A stretch of DNA of 64,000 nt from Patescibacteria group bacterium (GTDB lineage Bacteria > Omnitrophota > Gorgyraeia > Gygaellales > Profunditerraquicolaceae). The position numbers and the translations under genes are program-made. Below the pieces are notes generated by a model. It was not told the origin of the DNA. It searched no databases and worked only from the letters and a program-made list of their open reading frames with translations. Positions 39,215-48,261 of this stretch are shown piece by piece (position 1 is the first letter of the stretch; every line of letters begins with the position of its first letter). The stretch spans positions 1,050-65,049 of the forward strand of contig DATJPV010000023.1 of assembly GCA_035506195.1 (NCBI GenBank). The letters are read 5' to 3'.

Positions 39215-40456
39215 CTATGACCCTCCGATCTTGGAAATCTGGAAGATAGGCAAGAACATCCCAACGACCATAACGCCGATAACCAGACCCATGAAAATAA
39301 GCATGAGCGGTTCGAACATCGCGGTAAACCTCGTCAAGAACGTCTCGACGTACTCTTGATAAAACGTATTTACTTTTTTGAACATCTGCGATAGCTCGCC
39401 GATCTCTTCTCCGATCGAAACCATCTGGACGAACATCGGCTCGAAAAAACCGCTTTTCTCCAGCGGCTGGCTCAGGGGTTTGCCTTCCCGCACGTCGTCT
39501 TTTATTTTGCGGATGATGTCTCCGACGATCAGATTACCGACGCTGCGTTCGGCGATCTCAAGAGAATAAAGGATAGGCACGCCGCTTTCAACCAGCGTAG
39601 ACATCTCTGATGAGAACCTTTCCAGTATGAGCGCATGAAAAAATTCACCCAACACCGGCATGTCGAACTTAAAACGCTCCCACTGACGCCGCCCGTCGCC
39701 GCTGCGCGTGTATCTCCGGAAAAGAAAGAACAGGACCACAGAGCCTCCTATGCCGACCAACAAATAGTGCCTGAGAAAACTACTCACCGAAAGAAGTATC
39801 TTGGTGAGCGCAGGCAGCTCGACGTTGAACCCTTTGAATAATTCGGCAAACGTAGGAATAATTTTGACCGATAAAAACAAAAGCGCCCCTAAACCGGCAA
39901 CGGTAAGTATGACAGGATAGACTAACGCGGAAACCACCTTCCGCCTAAAGGCTTCCATCCTCTCCAGGTAATTTGCGAGGCGGCTCAATATGATTGCCAA
40001 GTTTCCGGAAGCCTCACCGCTCTCTACGAGGTTAACCCATAATTCGTTAAACACCTTAGGGTGTTTTGCCATCGTTTCATGAAGGCTGATACCGGCCTCC
40101 ATGTTGCGCTGTAGGTCTCTCATTACCACCTGGAGCTTGCGGCTGGAAACCTGCTGCGAAATAATATCGAGGCTCTTTAAGATCGTCACGCCCGCGCCGA
40201 GCAATGTCGCCAATTGGCGGCAAAAAAGCGTCAGGTCCTCATCCTTGATCCCTGAATGCTGCGGCCTGAATTTCTCCTTCTGCTGCCCGGGCTCTTTAAA
40301 GGCCGGCGCGCCTTCTTTGGGCTCCGAAAGAATGCTGACGACTATCAGATCCTTTGCCTGAAGCCTGCCGACGACCTCTTCCTGCGATGAGGCTTCTTCT
40401 ACGCCGGTTATTTTCTTACCGGTGACATCCCTGGCGGTATAAAAGAATCTTGGCAT
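39215..40456 (-). CDS. pilC: Type IV pilus assembly platform protein PilC (GspF family)
   Basis: 413 aa. Two GspF-like repeats with three TM helices (…LFCRQLATLLGAGVTILKSLDII…, …FTRFTAMFEPLMLIFMGLVIGVMVVGMFLPIF…). Confidence 0.9.
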   Translation of the reverse strand: MPRFFYTARDVTGKKITGVEEASSQEEVVGRLQAKDLIVVSILSEPKEGAPAFKEPGQQKEKFRPQHSGIKDEDLTLFCRQLATLLGAGVTILKSLDIISQQVSSRKLQVVMRDLQRNMEAGISLHETMAKHPKVFNELWVNLVESGEASGNLAIILSRLANYLERMEAFRRKVVSALVYPVILTVAGLGALLFLSVKIIPTFAELFKGFNVELPALTKILLSVSSFLRHYLLVGIGGSVVLFFLFRRYTRSGDGRRQWERFKFDMPVLGEFFHALILERFSSEMSTLVESGVPILYSLEIAERSVGNLIVGDIIRKIKDDVREGKPLSQPLEKSGFFEPMFVQMVSIGEEIGELSQMFKKVNTFYQEYVETFLTRFTAMFEPLMLIFMGLVIGVMVVGMFLPIFQISKIGGS

Positions 40457-42183
40457 TAATCGGACCCCAACGTAACCGAGAGGGCCTCTTCCAATGAGGT
40501 GAGGCCGTCTTCGACCTTTTTAATTGCCGATTCATACAGTGTTTGCATCCCGTTGTCCCGGGCAACATCCCTGACCCGCTGGAAAGAAGCCCTTTGGTTG
40601 ATCAGGTCCCGTATGGTGTCATTGACTATCATGACCTCGGAGATACAGGCCCTGCCTTTATACCCGAGTTGATTGCACTTGGCGCACCCTTTCGAGCGGT
40701 ATATTAATTCGGTCTTGAGTTTTATGCTCTTGAGCTGTTCGGTAGTAGGCTCATAGGCTTCTTTGCAGTCCGGGCAAAGTTTGCGCAGTAATCTCTGGGC
40801 CACGACCAACAGCAGCGAAGGGGCAATCAGATACGACTCGATACCGATGTCCATAAGGCGCGTTACCGCAGAAGCGGCGTCATTGGTATGCAGAGTGCTT
40901 AATACCAAATGCCCGGTTAACGCCGAACGGATACAGATCTGTGCGGTCTCTAAGTCCCTGACCTCCCCCACCAGCATGATATCCGGGTCCTGGCGTAAAA
41001 AACTTCGCAGGGCGCTGGCAAAAGTCAGGCCTATCTCCGGCTTGACTTGAACCTGGTTGATGCCATCCAGCTTATATTCAACGGGGTCTTCGATGGTGAT
41101 GATGTTTTTCGTGGGGCTCTTTATTTCATTAAGGATCGCATAAAGGGTAGTGGTCTTGCCGCTTCCCGTAGGGCCGGTCAGAAAGATCAGCCCGTAGGGC
41201 ATATTTATCTCCCGGCGTATCTTATCGAGCTGCTTGGAATCAAAACCCATCTGCCCTAGATCCAGGACCACGGAACTGCGGTCCAGTATTCTTAAGACCG
41301 CCTTTTCTCCGTAGATCGTCGGGACGGTAGAAACTCTCAAGTCAATCGGCCGGTCCTCCACCTTGACGAGGAACGCCCCGTCCTGCGGCAGGCGTTTTTC
41401 GGCGATATCCAGCTTACTGAGGATCTTGATACGGGAAACGATCGGTAAATGCAGGTGCCGGGCAGGAGGAGGTATTTCGTACAGCTTGCCATCGATGCGG
41501 TAACGCAGGGATATCTTGTCTTTGAAGGGTTCGATATGTATGTCGGACGCCCTTTCATCGATCGCCTGCCTGATGATCAGATCCACCAATTTTACGACCG
41601 GCGCCTCTTCGGCGCGCGCGATGAGCTTGTCCAGGCTCAGCTCTTGGTCCGGCGGCTCGCCGCTATCCTCTATTTCCTGCGCCGAAGGCAGATCATAGGA
41701 GGCCTCGACCGCCTGTTCCAGCATCTTTGACTTACCGTAAAATTCTTCAATTGCCCGGGTCAGGTCGGATTTAGTAGCGATTACCGGGTTGATCTCGCAG
41801 CCGGTAAGTTTTTTCAAGTTGTCGATAAGGATGAGGTCGAGCGGATCGGCCATGGCCACCGTCAGCGACCGGAGCGTGCGCGATAGGGGAAGCACCAGGT
41901 TCTTGAGGGCAAAATCCTGCGGGATAAAATGCTCCAGGTCCTGATCCGTTGCCGGGCGCAGCATACCGGTGCCCAGAGAAAAATAAGGTATGCCCAGCTG
42001 CTTTCCGAGCACCGCCACGAGCTTGTCTTCCTTGACGATGCCCAGTTTTATGAGAAGCTCTCCCAGGCGGCCGCCCTCCTGCCTCTGGACGCTGATCGCC
42101 TTCTCAAGCTGCGCCTCGGAGACGATGCCTTCCTTTACTAAAAGCTCGCCTAGTTTTAAATATTTCTCTTTGTTATGCGGCAT
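40456..42183 (-). CDS. pilB: Type IV pilus assembly ATPase PilB (GspE family)
   Basis: 575 aa. N-terminal GSPII_E_N-like domain, Walker A LTGPTGSGKTTTLYA, Asp box, Walker B, and a tetracysteine CPDCKEAY…CAKCNQLGY motif. Confidence 0.92.
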   Translation of the reverse strand: MPHNKEKYLKLGELLVKEGIVSEAQLEKAISVQRQEGGRLGELLIKLGIVKEDKLVAVLGKQLGIPYFSLGTGMLRPATDQDLEHFIPQDFALKNLVLPLSRTLRSLTVAMADPLDLILIDNLKKLTGCEINPVIATKSDLTRAIEEFYGKSKMLEQAVEASYDLPSAQEIEDSGEPPDQELSLDKLIARAEEAPVVKLVDLIIRQAIDERASDIHIEPFKDKISLRYRIDGKLYEIPPPARHLHLPIVSRIKILSKLDIAEKRLPQDGAFLVKVEDRPIDLRVSTVPTIYGEKAVLRILDRSSVVLDLGQMGFDSKQLDKIRREINMPYGLIFLTGPTGSGKTTTLYAILNEIKSPTKNIITIEDPVEYKLDGINQVQVKPEIGLTFASALRSFLRQDPDIMLVGEVRDLETAQICIRSALTGHLVLSTLHTNDAASAVTRLMDIGIESYLIAPSLLLVVAQRLLRKLCPDCKEAYEPTTEQLKSIKLKTELIYRSKGCAKCNQLGYKGRACISEVMIVNDTIRDLINQRASFQRVRDVARDNGMQTLYESAIKKVEDGLTSLEEALSVTLGSD

Positions 42184-42196
42184 GTGTCCTTAGGGA

Positions 42197-43744
42197 TTAC
42201 TGCCACTTTTCGATATTATCCAGGCTCGAATTTATAAGCGACCGGCGGTCGCCCCGTGCCCCCGTGCCCTGCTCTCTTTCGGGAAGCGCAATCTCCCCTG
42301 CCTTGACAAGCTCCATGTTGGAATCCTTGATGATGTGGGGCGTGATAAACACCAGAAGTTCCCTATCCAAATCGATAGACTGATTCTTGTGCCGGAATAA
42401 TGCGCCCATGATGGGGATATCCCCCAGGAAAGGCACTTTTTTACTGACTATCTCCTTATCCGTATGGATCAAGCCTCCGACCACCACCGTGTCTCCGTCC
42501 TTGACCTTAACGATGGATTTGCTGGCCCTGACCTCGGCATCTGCCTGCGTGGCGGCCAAGGGGCTGACGGAAGTAACGCTCGACTTGGGGTTGATCACCA
42601 TGGTGATCTCGCCGGTTTCCGGGTTGACCTGGGGAGTGACTCTTAAATAAATACCCACCCCTTCGGGGGTAAGCTTAAGGTCTGTCGACCGTATATATTC
42701 GGTAGCGGTCGATTGGCCGGCGCTCGTAGAGTTGGTAGTCTCCTTCTTGCCCACCACCTCGTCTCGGGTGATGGAGATCTCCGCGGTTTCGTTGTTCAAA
42801 GTCAACAGCTTCGGCCGGGCCAAATATTTCACGTCGTTCTGCGTATGCAGAAGGTCCATGACTATCTGGTATGATGCGCTCGTGCCGTCTAGCTTAGATG
42901 TGTTAAGGCTTATGGATCCGGCCCCGCTTGTCGTGCTGCCGCCGGTGCCGGTTCCGGTTGAGCTGTCGAAATTACTCCATTTTCCGAAAGGAAACGGGAA
43001 CCGCGTAGGGGCGGTGGCACCGGTCAATACCATCGTAAACGGCGACTGGCTGTATTCAAACCCCATCTTATCAACCACGTTCTTGGAGACATCCAGGATC
43101 TCGACTTCAATGAGTACCTGAGAAACGGGGACATCCAATAAAGCAATGGTCTTCTCGATCAAAGGCATGCGGCTGGGTACCTCGGTAACTACCAGGCTGT
43201 TCGTGCGGTAATCCTCGATCACCGAGCCCTGAGCAGAAAGAAGTTTCTGGATGGTATTGGTAAGGCAGGCGGTATCTTTTTCTTTGTTGGCGGCGCCGGC
43301 ATTCATGCCCGTCACGCTGACCTGCGACATTTCCTGCCTGACTGCGGATGTCACCACCGAAGCATGCTTCAGAGGGAACACCTTGGTGACCGTGTCTGCC
43401 TGAGGCTTACCCCAGTCCTTGACTACGATGATATTTGATTCCTCATACAAGTCATAGGAAAGGTTATTGGCTTTAAAGAGCTTATCTACCACCTCCTTGA
43501 GCGGCACATTATCCAGGAAAAGGGTGATCTTGCGGTCCTGGACCGCTTCGGAAGCGATGAAATTAAAGCCCGACTGAACGGAAAGTATCTTAAGCACATC
43601 CTTCAGGCTGGCGTTCTGAAAATCCATGGACACGTTTATCGCGGACACGTCGGAGAACGCGTCTACCGCCGCCTCCAGCCGCGGAAACGCTATCATCGTA
43701 AAAAGAGCCGCTGCTATTGCCACGCTCCTAATGTTCTTTCTCAT
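42197..43744 (-). CDS. pilQ: Secretin PilQ
   Basis: 515 aa. Signal peptide, N-domains, and a C-terminal secretin domain (…VVVGGLIHTDKEIVSKKVPFLGDIPIMGALFRHKNQSIDLDRELLVFITPHII). Confidence 0.88.
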   Translation of the reverse strand: MRKNIRSVAIAAALFTMIAFPRLEAAVDAFSDVSAINVSMDFQNASLKDVLKILSVQSGFNFIASEAVQDRKITLFLDNVPLKEVVDKLFKANNLSYDLYEESNIIVVKDWGKPQADTVTKVFPLKHASVVTSAVRQEMSQVSVTGMNAGAANKEKDTACLTNTIQKLLSAQGSVIEDYRTNSLVVTEVPSRMPLIEKTIALLDVPVSQVLIEVEILDVSKNVVDKMGFEYSQSPFTMVLTGATAPTRFPFPFGKWSNFDSSTGTGTGGSTTSGAGSISLNTSKLDGTSASYQIVMDLLHTQNDVKYLARPKLLTLNNETAEISITRDEVVGKKETTNSTSAGQSTATEYIRSTDLKLTPEGVGIYLRVTPQVNPETGEITMVINPKSSVTSVSPLAATQADAEVRASKSIVKVKDGDTVVVGGLIHTDKEIVSKKVPFLGDIPIMGALFRHKNQSIDLDRELLVFITPHIIKDSNMELVKAGEIALPEREQGTGARGDRRSLINSSLDNIEKWQ

Positions 43745-44264
43745 CAGTTCCTCCTTTTGCTTTACGCGCTATATGTGCTAAGCTTGCCTGAGTAGGAGAA
43801 AGCACGTCATAGGTACGATTATTAAATGATACGGTTATGCCGTCTTTATTGATCGTTTCGACCCGGACCTTGTCCTCGGCGTTGGGCCCTCCTACCACTA
43901 TGGTGTCCCCCGCCTTGGCTACCTGTCCGTTGACGATTACCTGAGGAAATTTGCCGCCCCACATAATGCCTTCAATGGTCACGTTCGGCAAAGGCTTATC
44001 GACTTTCTCGTCTTTCTTTGTTTCGACGACCGGCTGCTCGTTCTTGCGGATACGCGCCCGAAAAGGATCCTTGAGGCCTTCTGCCTTATACGTCAGCGCT
44101 GCCTGGTCGGCTGCCGGGGGAGCCGGGTTGGCGGCAGTTTTTTCCGCTGGCAAGAAACGTTTGGTGTCTTGCGCAAACGATTCCGCCCCTGCCCCCGTAA
44201 CGATCACCGGGACAGCCACGCAACACACCGCCAATAGCGTCTTAAGCCGGTTATGCATCGTCAA
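43728..44264 (-). CDS. PilP-like pilus assembly protein (positional assignment)
   Basis: 178 aa. N-terminal signal/anchor (LLAVCCVAVPVIVTGAGA), then a beta-rich C-terminal region. It lies between pilO and pilQ exactly where pilP sits in pilMNOPQ operons. Sequence similarity is weak. Confidence 0.5.
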   Translation of the reverse strand: MTMHNRLKTLLAVCCVAVPVIVTGAGAESFAQDTKRFLPAEKTAANPAPPAADQAALTYKAEGLKDPFRARIRKNEQPVVETKKDEKVDKPLPNVTIEGIMWGGKFPQVIVNGQVAKAGDTIVVGGPNAEDKVRVETINKDGITVSFNNRTYDVLSPTQASLAHIARKAKGGTDEKEH

Positions 44265-44791
44265 TTCTGAAAGAGTAGGGTGGAAATGGTCATTTTCACG
44301 GTCAGTTTTTCGACCAGTTTTTCTCCCTGCAAAAATTCCTGGGGCTTCATCTCCAGCAGATCGACCGAAAACACGCTCGGGTGGCTTTCAAGCTTACTGA
44401 TGAACTTGCCGAGGGCGTGGTAGCTGTCGACCGACACCATGAGCTCAAAAGGGTATTTCGTATAGAGATTAAAGGTGGCCTGTTCCGCCGGCCTGATGGA
44501 AATAATACGTACGGAGTTCTCCTTGGCCACGGCGGCAATCGTATTGAGGGACGTATTCATATCCTTGCCGTTGACGGTTTTCTTCAAAGCGCTTATTTTC
44601 TGGTCGATGGCAGTGATCTCTTCAAGGACGACGTTCTTTTTCTCTTCGCTTGTTGCTTTTTCCTTTAGGGCGGCTATTTTCTTGTTTTGCGCATCATAAA
44701 TCCGGAAGGAAAGGAATAGCGCAAGCACCACCAGCGCCACATTGATGATGGTGTTTTTATACTTCGTAATCTGATCGAGCCCTTCTATCAT
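44261..44791 (-). CDS. pilO: Pilus assembly protein PilO
   Basis: 176 aa. Single N-terminal TM (TIINVALVVLALFLSFRIY), a coiled-coil, then a ferredoxin-like periplasmic domain. Lies between pilMN and the pilP-like gene. Confidence 0.7.
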   Translation of the reverse strand: MIEGLDQITKYKNTIINVALVVLALFLSFRIYDAQNKKIAALKEKATSEEKKNVVLEEITAIDQKISALKKTVNGKDMNTSLNTIAAVAKENSVRIISIRPAEQATFNLYTKYPFELMVSVDSYHALGKFISKLESHPSVFSVDLLEMKPQEFLQGEKLVEKLTVKMTISTLLFQN

Positions 44792-44800
44792 GCGTACCCC

Positions 44801-46372
44801 TTAGTTGGGAGAGAACCCCGTACACGAGATCGCGAATTTTGTCGCCGGGACCTCTTCCATTTCTTCGCGGACGATAGACGTGATGCTGATATCCTTAAAA
44901 TATTTGCTGAATGCCGGATTAGCCCTTAAGGCGGCAATAAAAATGTTAACTGCTTCAAATTCCTTTTCGCCATCCTTCAGGTAGGCCTCTCCTTCCAGCA
45001 CGACGGAAACCTTGTTCTCTTCTTTCGTAAAAGCGAAATTTGTCAGCCAGACCCCATCCGGAAGCAGGCTGGGGATAATCTGGAGCTGATCGGTCAGATA
45101 GAGCCGTTTACGCACGAGGCTGTCCATGGCATCCAGCCTCTTTTTAAACTCCGTGCTTACGCCCTTTAAGTCTTCATAGGGGATATTGGGATTTACCGCC
45201 GACACCTGCGGCCGGGCATTCAGGATCCTGTTGAGCTGCTGCTGCAACGGCTGTAGCTGGTAGTAGCCGTAACCGAACACTCCCATGCACAGCAGGATAC
45301 ATCCGATGACGACGCGGGAATCGAGCTTAAAATCAGCTAGGGAGGCAAGCGAAAATTTCTCCGCCGGGGCAGGAACGCCGGGCTCCTTGGCGGTCCTGGT
45401 CTTTGCCCTGGCTGCCAACAGGTCGATTTTGGGGGCGATCTTGACTTTCTTTGCCAAAGAGCAGCCGTAACTTTTCAGGAAGCTCATGCTAAACGCTATA
45501 TCCCGTCCGGTAAAGGGAGCGGTTTCCGCGAACCTGACCGCCAATCCTATTTCCTTGATCAAGGCCTCCAGGTCTGCCCGGGAATCTTCGCTGGCGATGA
45601 CAAAGGTCTTCTCGATATTTTTCGTCGGAAATTTCCGGTCATAATAATCCAAAGAAATGCGGATCTCCGTCTTGAGCTTCTCCAAAATGGTAGCTAGGTC
45701 TATCTTTTCGGTCTGCCCCAGCTCATCCGGCCTGCCGATAAGAGTGATATCGCGGCTGAACAACGGAAAACCGTTATCCAAAACTACGAAATTAACTTCG
45801 TTTTCCTCCTGGAAATCCATACTCATGATCCCGATGGTCCCCTTGTTGCTCATCCTTCCCAGGTCGGTCACTTGCAAAAAACGCAATATGCTGAACATCG
45901 AATACTCAATAGTATTGATTTTGATATCCAGTTGGCTCAAGATCGCTAGGTACTTGCTCAGGACTTCCTTCTTTATGCCGACAAAGAGGATCAGGTTCTT
46001 ATGGCTGCTGCGGTCAAATTGAATCTGGTAGGCCGCGACCAGGTCTTCGACCTTGAATGGTATATATTTCTTCGCCTCGAACATCACGGCCCCGCCCATT
46101 TCTTCGGAAGGCAATGCCGGCAGTTCAAAAGTACGTATGATCAAGTCCCTGCCGGAAAGGGCGATGGAGGCCTCTTGACTGTCGATCTTATGCGCGCGCA
46201 AGGCGTCTTTAAAAAGCGCTACCATCTTAAGTTCGTCAGGCACCTTCTCTTCAAATTCGGGGCCCGAGACGGAAGCGCGGGGTACCTGAATGTTATTCAA
46301 GACCTTCTTGCCGTCAGACTCCAGGATCGTGATGATCTTCGGGCCAAAATAGATTCCAAGCGAATTTTTCAT
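44801..46372 (-). CDS. pilMN: PilM-PilN fusion protein (actin-like cytoplasmic PilM fused to TM/periplasmic PilN)
   Basis: 523 aa. N-terminal about 340 aa is actin/FtsA-like PilM (…IALSGRDLIIRTFELP…). This is followed by a TM helix (VVIGCILLCMGVFGYGYY) and a PilN-like periplasmic domain. First gene of the pilMNOPQ string. Confidence 0.8.
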   Translation of the reverse strand: MKNSLGIYFGPKIITILESDGKKVLNNIQVPRASVSGPEFEEKVPDELKMVALFKDALRAHKIDSQEASIALSGRDLIIRTFELPALPSEEMGGAVMFEAKKYIPFKVEDLVAAYQIQFDRSSHKNLILFVGIKKEVLSKYLAILSQLDIKINTIEYSMFSILRFLQVTDLGRMSNKGTIGIMSMDFQEENEVNFVVLDNGFPLFSRDITLIGRPDELGQTEKIDLATILEKLKTEIRISLDYYDRKFPTKNIEKTFVIASEDSRADLEALIKEIGLAVRFAETAPFTGRDIAFSMSFLKSYGCSLAKKVKIAPKIDLLAARAKTRTAKEPGVPAPAEKFSLASLADFKLDSRVVIGCILLCMGVFGYGYYQLQPLQQQLNRILNARPQVSAVNPNIPYEDLKGVSTEFKKRLDAMDSLVRKRLYLTDQLQIIPSLLPDGVWLTNFAFTKEENKVSVVLEGEAYLKDGEKEFEAVNIFIAALRANPAFSKYFKDISITSIVREEMEEVPATKFAISCTGFSPN

Positions 46373-46560
46373 TGTCCTTCCCCGGGTTGCGACAGACGCC
46401 TGCGGCTCTTAAGCCAGGCATCTATATCCCGCCTGTCAAATCTCCATACTCCGCCTACTTTGATACCGGAAATTTTGCGCTGGGAAAGCCAGTTGTAGAT
46501 AGTCTGCTTGCGTAACCGCAGATAATCTGCCAACTCATCGATATCCATCAATCTCGACAT
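46369..46560 (-). CDS. Excisionase-family (MerR-like) helix-turn-helix DNA-binding protein
   Basis: 63 aa. MSRLMDIDELADYLRLRKQTIYNWLSQRKISGIKVGGVWRFDRRDIDAWL is the excisionase/Xis-type HTH. It overlaps the pilMN start by 4 nt (ATGA), so it is translationally coupled. Confidence 0.8.
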   Translation of the reverse strand: MSRLMDIDELADYLRLRKQTIYNWLSQRKISGIKVGGVWRFDRRDIDAWLKSRRRLSQPGEGQ

Positions 46561-46599
46561 GAAGCTTTACCTTTCTTTACGTAAAACACAACCGTGTTA

Positions 46600-46628
46600 A
46601 TTAGAACATAAAAGTTTACTTTTGTCAA
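46600..46628 (-). promoter_or_regulatory. Sigma70-type promoter for the HTH-pilMNOPQ string
   Basis: Minus strand reads TTGACA (complement of 46623-46628), a 17-nt spacer aaagtaaacttttatgt, then TCTAAT (complement of 46600-46605). It lies in a roughly 180-bp AT-rich island. An upstream triple direct repeat sits at 46637-46664. Confidence 0.5.
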
Positions 46629-46742
46629 CTATTTTTTTACTTAAACTTACTTAAACTTACTTAGATTTAAATTTCGTTATTATAACTAATTGCAACTATA
46701 GATGTTAGATAGAGGCTTTTAAGGAAGGGGAAGGTTTAAATA

Positions 46743-47111
46743 TTAAAGTTGAAACTGGTAGTTGATATCGACAGTGATGACTTTGGCGTTCGGCACGCCG
46801 GAGACGGGGGTACCAATAGCGGGAGCATCGGCAATATTAATGTCTACGCGATAGGGGATATCGCTGTCATTAGCGGTACAGCCGGAAGCGCAGAGAGTAC
46901 GATTGCCTGTGCCCCAGTTCAAATACCGCAACCCATCGATTGCCAGATTTATACCGGCAATCCCTGCGTAATAGGCACGCGCTCTTTCTATGCGATGGCT
47001 GGTAATCCGGGATTGGTTGGAAACAAGGTTGGCAACAATGAATGCCAGAGTTAACACCGTTATAAGCATGGCTATTACAACCGTTAACGCCGCAGCCTTG
47101 CGAGTACGCAT
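46743..47111 (-). CDS. PilX-N-terminal-domain-like minor pilin/pilus-associated protein
   Basis: 122 aa. MRTRKAAALTVVIAMLITVLTLAFIVANLV…RARAYYAGIAGINLAID resembles the PilX_N hydrophobic N-terminus followed by the A-x-A-YYaAEaG segment. Confidence 0.55.
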   Translation of the reverse strand: MRTRKAAALTVVIAMLITVLTLAFIVANLVSNQSRITSHRIERARAYYAGIAGINLAIDGLRYLNWGTGNRTLCASGCTANDSDIPYRVDINIADAPAIGTPVSGVPNAKVITVDINYQFQL

Positions 47112-47114
47112 ATG

Positions 47115-47321
47115 TCAGACGTACCTTCTCAGGCTTACCTTATAATCGGCTTCGGTTTGCTGCAGCACCACATGCCCTTCCCTGGCAAGCCACCCCAAGC
47201 TCATCAATACGGTGTCGCGCGGTTTTTCAATCCCCGAAACCAACGCTGAAAGCGTAACCTCACCGTGCTGGTCTAAAAAGTGCCAGATATCGCCTGCAAC
47301 AATACCTATCTCTGTAATCAT
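47115..47321 (-). CDS. Small winged-helix-like hypothetical protein
   Basis: 68-aa ORF MITEIGIVAGDIWHFLDQHGEVTLSALVSGIEKPRDTVLMSLGWLAREGHVVLQQ… has a helix-turn-helix/winged-helix-like pattern. Tightly packed (4 nt) against the PilX-like gene. Confidence 0.4.
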   Translation of the reverse strand: MITEIGIVAGDIWHFLDQHGEVTLSALVSGIEKPRDTVLMSLGWLAREGHVVLQQTEADYKVSLRRYV

Positions 47322-47399
47322 CGTTATCCCTCCCTATAATTATTTTATAGATAACCCTATGTGCTGTCAACTGTTTTTATAGGCTGCCCCCCGGCTAGG

Positions 47400-47621
47400 C
47401 TATTTTTTGTTGTAACTGCCGCAGCGGGGACAGACCGAAATAACGTCTTCCTTTGTGTTTACGTACGTATACGTACAGACGGAACAAAACCAAATAAAGC
47501 GGGAATCCAGGGACAGGTCTTTGTCTTTCTGCTTTTTTTCGAACAACCACGCCAGGAACACGCACACTAAGAATAAGAGCGTTGACAACGCGATAGCCAC
47601 GGAAAAATCGATGCTGATCAT
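47400..47621 (-). CDS. Small membrane protein with C-terminal zinc-ribbon (CxxC…CxxC)
   Basis: 73 aa. One TM helix (FSVAIALSTLLFLVCVFLAWLF), then CSVC…CPRCG, a four-Cys zinc-ribbon pattern. Confidence 0.4.
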   Translation of the reverse strand: MISIDFSVAIALSTLLFLVCVFLAWLFEKKQKDKDLSLDSRFIWFCSVCTYTYVNTKEDVISVCPRCGSYNKK

Positions 47622-47625
47622 ACGA

Positions 47626-48261
47626 TTATTTCTGAGGAGACAGCTCTATTTTGACCGTCTGCCACGCATCCAGGGGAAGGTTTCTTTGCTGCATAAAAAG
47701 GTAACGGCCCAGATATCGCATGGTCAACAGGTCCGCTTCCAGATTGCCGGATGATATCTTTCTCTTGACGATCAATGCGTTGGTCTTCGAATCGGCAGGG
47801 GATGCCTTCCTAAACATAAGTTCGATATGCACCGCTTGTCGATCCTTGAAATAAAGCGAAAAATTATGCGGCAGAGGCGGATAAAACATGAGTACCGCGC
47901 CTTTTTTGACGGGAGGCGCAGAAGACGCAAGGGACTCGACATATGAAATTTTATCAGCGTTTAAAGACGCCGGCATTGCGTGCGGCTTGACGTAATAATC
48001 GTACGCGCCGGCCATCCGTTGATCAGGCTGACGCAAAAGCCTGGTGTCCGGCTCTGGCGACGGCAATAGCATCTTTAGCGAAGATGGTTTTACCCGGGGG
48101 GCGCGCAGAAAATCAGCGGGTAACCATGACCCCCAGAAAGAAACAGCGGTATAGTTTGCCTTGGGCAGGACGGGATTGAAGGACAGGTTAAAAACTCCCA
48201 GGAGGGTGATATGGCTTAACAAGGAAATAAAAACGCTTTTTTTAAAAAGTTGGCTCATTGC
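47626..48261 (-). CDS. TonB/TolA-like energy-transducer candidate
   Basis: N-terminal TM anchor (FKKSVFISLLSHITLLGVF) and a Pro-rich middle (LPSPEPDTRLLRQPDQ). C-terminal segment GAVLMFYPPLPHNFSLYFKDRQAVHIELMF…KISSGNLEADL weakly resembles the TonB C-terminal domain. Lies downstream of exbB-exbD. The start is uncertain (48261 or 48309). Confidence 0.4.
   Translation of the reverse strand, partial: AMSQLFKKSVFISLLSHITLLGVFNLSFNPVLPKANYTAVSFWGSWLPADFLRAPRVKPSSLKMLLPSPEPDTRLLRQPDQRMAGAYDYYVKPHAMPASLNADKISYVESLASSAPPVKKGAVLMFYPPLPHNFSLYFKDRQAVHIELMFRKASPADSKTNALIVKRKISSGNLEADLLTMRYLGRYLFMQQRNLPLDAWQTVKIELSPQK

Noticed and set aside
46637-46664. Direct repeats ttacttaaac x2.5 considered as CRISPR-like or mobile-element repeats
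   Set aside because: Only 2.5 copies of a 10-bp unit with no spacers and no cas genes. They sit at -45 to -70 of a promoter. Interpreted as regulatory rather than CRISPR or IS termini. No transposase, integrase or inverted terminal repeats were found anywhere in the window.
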